DNA of 64,000 nucleotides from the human T2T-CHM13v2.0 reference genome, Homo sapiens. Position numbers and translations under genes: made by a program. This document shows positions 61,415 to 64,000 of the stretch, piece after piece; position 1 is the first letter of the stretch, and each line of letters starts with the position of its first letter. The DNA lies in assembly GCF_009914755.1 (NCBI RefSeq), contig NC_060944.1; one strand, written 5' to 3'. The notes under the pieces are model-generated. The model saw only the letters and a program-made list of their open reading frames with translations. It searched no databases and had not been told where the DNA came from.

Positions 61415-61616
61415 TAATGTTACATTTAATTAGGTTTGTCTCAAAGCTGCAAATGAAGACTTTTTAAGAATAATTTTTATAAAGAATTTTCTCACACAAT
61501 TTGTCATTTCTCTGAAAAGAGATTTAGATTCAAGGCCCAAATATGTTTGTTTGTTTACAGGAAGAATAAAATTTAAAAAGTTGAAGAGGTTATTTATTTT
61601 ATCTTTTATATTACAG

Positions 61617-61670
61617 GTTCTGTAAAGGCACCTGCCAAAACAGAAGATCTTATTCAGAGTGTCTTAACAG
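61617..61670 (+). CDS. PLCB1: PLCB1 coding exon (~25): (G)SVKAPAKTEDLIQSVLT
   Basis: ttacag|GTTCTG...AACAG|gtaaat; 54 nt, phase 1 to 1. Confidence 0.95.
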
Positions 61671-62179
61671 GTAAATGCCACCCTTTCCCCCCATGGAATT
61701 AAGCAGCTCAGTGTTACACAGTGGAAGTATTTAGAGGAGAGGAAATTTCCATTCATATCTGAAAAACAACATCATTAATATTTCTTCTTCTAAAAAATCT
61801 AGAGACATATACTTTTAGTTTAGTCTACATGATATGATATAATCACAGAGAAGTAACCATACTTTGTAGCTAGAACCCTACTGGCATAAAAATAATGTAG
61901 TTTCACAAGATAGCTATTTCAGCATCAAAGAATAGTTTCATGCTGGAAATGTAACCCAGTGAACAAGAATGCCTGTCTTCCCAAATTGCCAATAATAAAC
62001 TATATTTTAGATATGCAGAATATGATCCATTTGTGAGCATAAAATGCACAGTGTTTAAGAACTGTGATACAGTTTGGAGTTATTTTATATTTGGTTAGTC
62101 ACATAAACTAGTGGAACTAAAATTGGTACAAGCTTTGTGCAGTACAATTAGCAGTATGTAGTGGAATCTTAAAAATGTT

Positions 62180-62680
62180 TATAATACTTGGTTCAATATA
62201 CAACAGAAATGTACACACACGTTCACCAAAAGCAGCACCACTGGTAAGGGCCAAATCTAGAAACAACCCAATGTCCATCAGCTGTAAGGTAGGTAAATAA
62301 ATTGTGATAAATTCCTAGCATGGAACAGGAGGCAACTGCAGGAATAAATAAACTCAAGTCACACACAACATGGATAAAACTCAAGCATAATGTTGAGGAA
62401 AAAAGTCAGACACAAAAGAACATATTCTGTAGGATTCCATATACACCAACTTCAAAGACAAAACTAATCTGTGCTGTAGAAACCTGGATTTGGATTATAC
62501 TTGGTGGGAGACAGGAACCAAAAAGGAAGGCTTCTGGGATGCTGGCCAAATTCTAACTTTGACCTAAGTGATGGATATTGAAGCACATTGACTTTGGGAA
62601 AATTTACAAGGCTATACTTTTATGATTTATGCACTTTGATGCGTATATTTGCATTTCATCAAGAAATGCATAAAATATGC
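62180..62680 (+). mobile_element. L1ME-like 3' fragment
   Basis: aaacaacccaatgtccatca...acatggataaaactcaagcataatgttgag. Confidence 0.7.
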
Positions 62681-62729
62681 GTAGAAAAATTACTTGAGGA
62701 AAGTATTAAAAGAAAACAAAACATGGTTT

Positions 62730-63102
62730 GGTTTTGTTTTGTTTTTGAGACAAAGTCTCACTCTGCCACCCAGGCTGGAACACAGTGGTACAATCTCGGC
62801 TGACCGCAACCTCCACCTCCCGGGTTCAAGCAATTCTCCTGCCTCAGCCTCCCAAATAGCTAGGATTACAAGCACGTGCCACCACACCCGGCTAATTTTG
62901 TATTTTTAGTAGAGACGGTGATTCTCCACGTTGGCCAGGCTGGTCTCGAACTCCTGACCTCAGGTGATCCACCCGCTATTTTTAGTAGAGATGGTGATTC
63001 GCCATGTTGGCCAGGCTGGTCTCGAACTCCTGACCTCAGGTGATCCACCCGCCTCGGCCTCCCAAAGTTTGGGATTACAGGCGTGAGCCACTGTGCCCCT
63101 CC
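62730..63102 (-). mobile_element. Alu with 76-bp internal tandem duplication
   Basis: tatttttagtagag...gatccacccgc at 62901 and 62977; TSD caaaacatgKttt. Confidence 0.93.
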
Positions 63103-63135
63103 CAACAAAACATGTTTTTAAAAGATTTAGTTCTA

Positions 63136-63427
63136 GGCTGGGTGTGGTGGCTCACGCCTGTAATCCCAGTACCTGGGGAGGCCAAGGGGGGGGCGGATCA
63201 CCTGAGGTCGGGAGTTCGAGACCAGCCTGACCAACATGGAGAAACCCCATCTCTACTAAATATTACAAAATTAACCGCTGTGGTGGCGCGCACCTATAAT
63301 CCCAGCTACTCAGGAAGCTGAGGCAGGAAATTCGCTTGAACCCAGGAGGCGGAGGTTGCCGTGAGCCAAGGTTGCGCCATTGCACTCCAGCCTGGGCAAC
63401 AAGCGCGAAACTCTGTCTCAAAAAAAG
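63136..63427 (+). mobile_element. Alu (AluSp/Sq-like)
   Basis: full dimer; TSD aaagatttagtt at 63121 and 63428. Confidence 0.95.
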
Positions 63428-64000
63428 AAAGATTTAGTTTCATGGGAAACAACACCATATTAATGCATACAACAAGAGACAGCAGTGTTCCTAGAATGTT
63501 GTTTAAAATAACGTAAATGAATGGACAAAAGGCAATGGTCTGTACCAATACATTAGCTGTGATTATATCTTGGTGGCTTATTTATAAATGATATTTGTGT
63601 CTTTATATAAGTGAGCATTACCTTTATACTTAAGAGCATAGTCTAAGGAACAGCCTCTCTCATCTACAGACTTTTTAAAAATAATAGTTTATGTGGATTT
63701 ATTTCTAATCGTAGGTTAGAACATCTAGAGCCTTATTTCCAAACTGCCTATAGCTGATATGCTGTAAACCACTTTTAAAGAAATAGAATTGCATCTGCCT
63801 CCAAGAATGCAGCAATTCCTTGGGATTATAAATTCTTAATGTAATAATTTATTATGCAACCATAATGAGTCAATTTGGGCCTGAAGGAAACCATTAAATA
63901 AATGTACCTGGTTTTCTCCATGGCCTCATTCTCAAAAGAGATCGAATGTCAGGAGAATAGACACAGTATAAGAAAAGGAAACATATTTCTATTGCTTAAA

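Overview
This is human (primate) genomic DNA, not prokaryotic. The whole window lies inside the + strand gene PLCB1 (phospholipase C beta 1). It holds 14 consecutive internal coding exons (about exons 12-25, numbering from memory; 1543 nt, ~514 codons, EVIEAIAEC...DLIQSVLT). They splice in frame with GT-AG boundaries and encode the end of catalytic X, the acidic X-Y linker, Y, C2, the Galpha-q-binding helix-turn-helix and the start of the CTD linker. The intron at 28566-30221 has a clear U12 (minor spliceosome) signature. The rest is intronic and rich in Alu, L1, L2, MIR, MaLR/ERV LTRs and hAT DNA transposons. Structural oddities include two twin-primed L1s, one target site used twice (L1 + AluY, triple TSD), several local duplications and a close inverted Alu pair. 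Almost all ORFs in the supplied track are repeat-derived or chance ORFs. I found no convincing novel biological system. Repeat subfamily names are from recall of consensus sequences and repeat boundaries are approximate.
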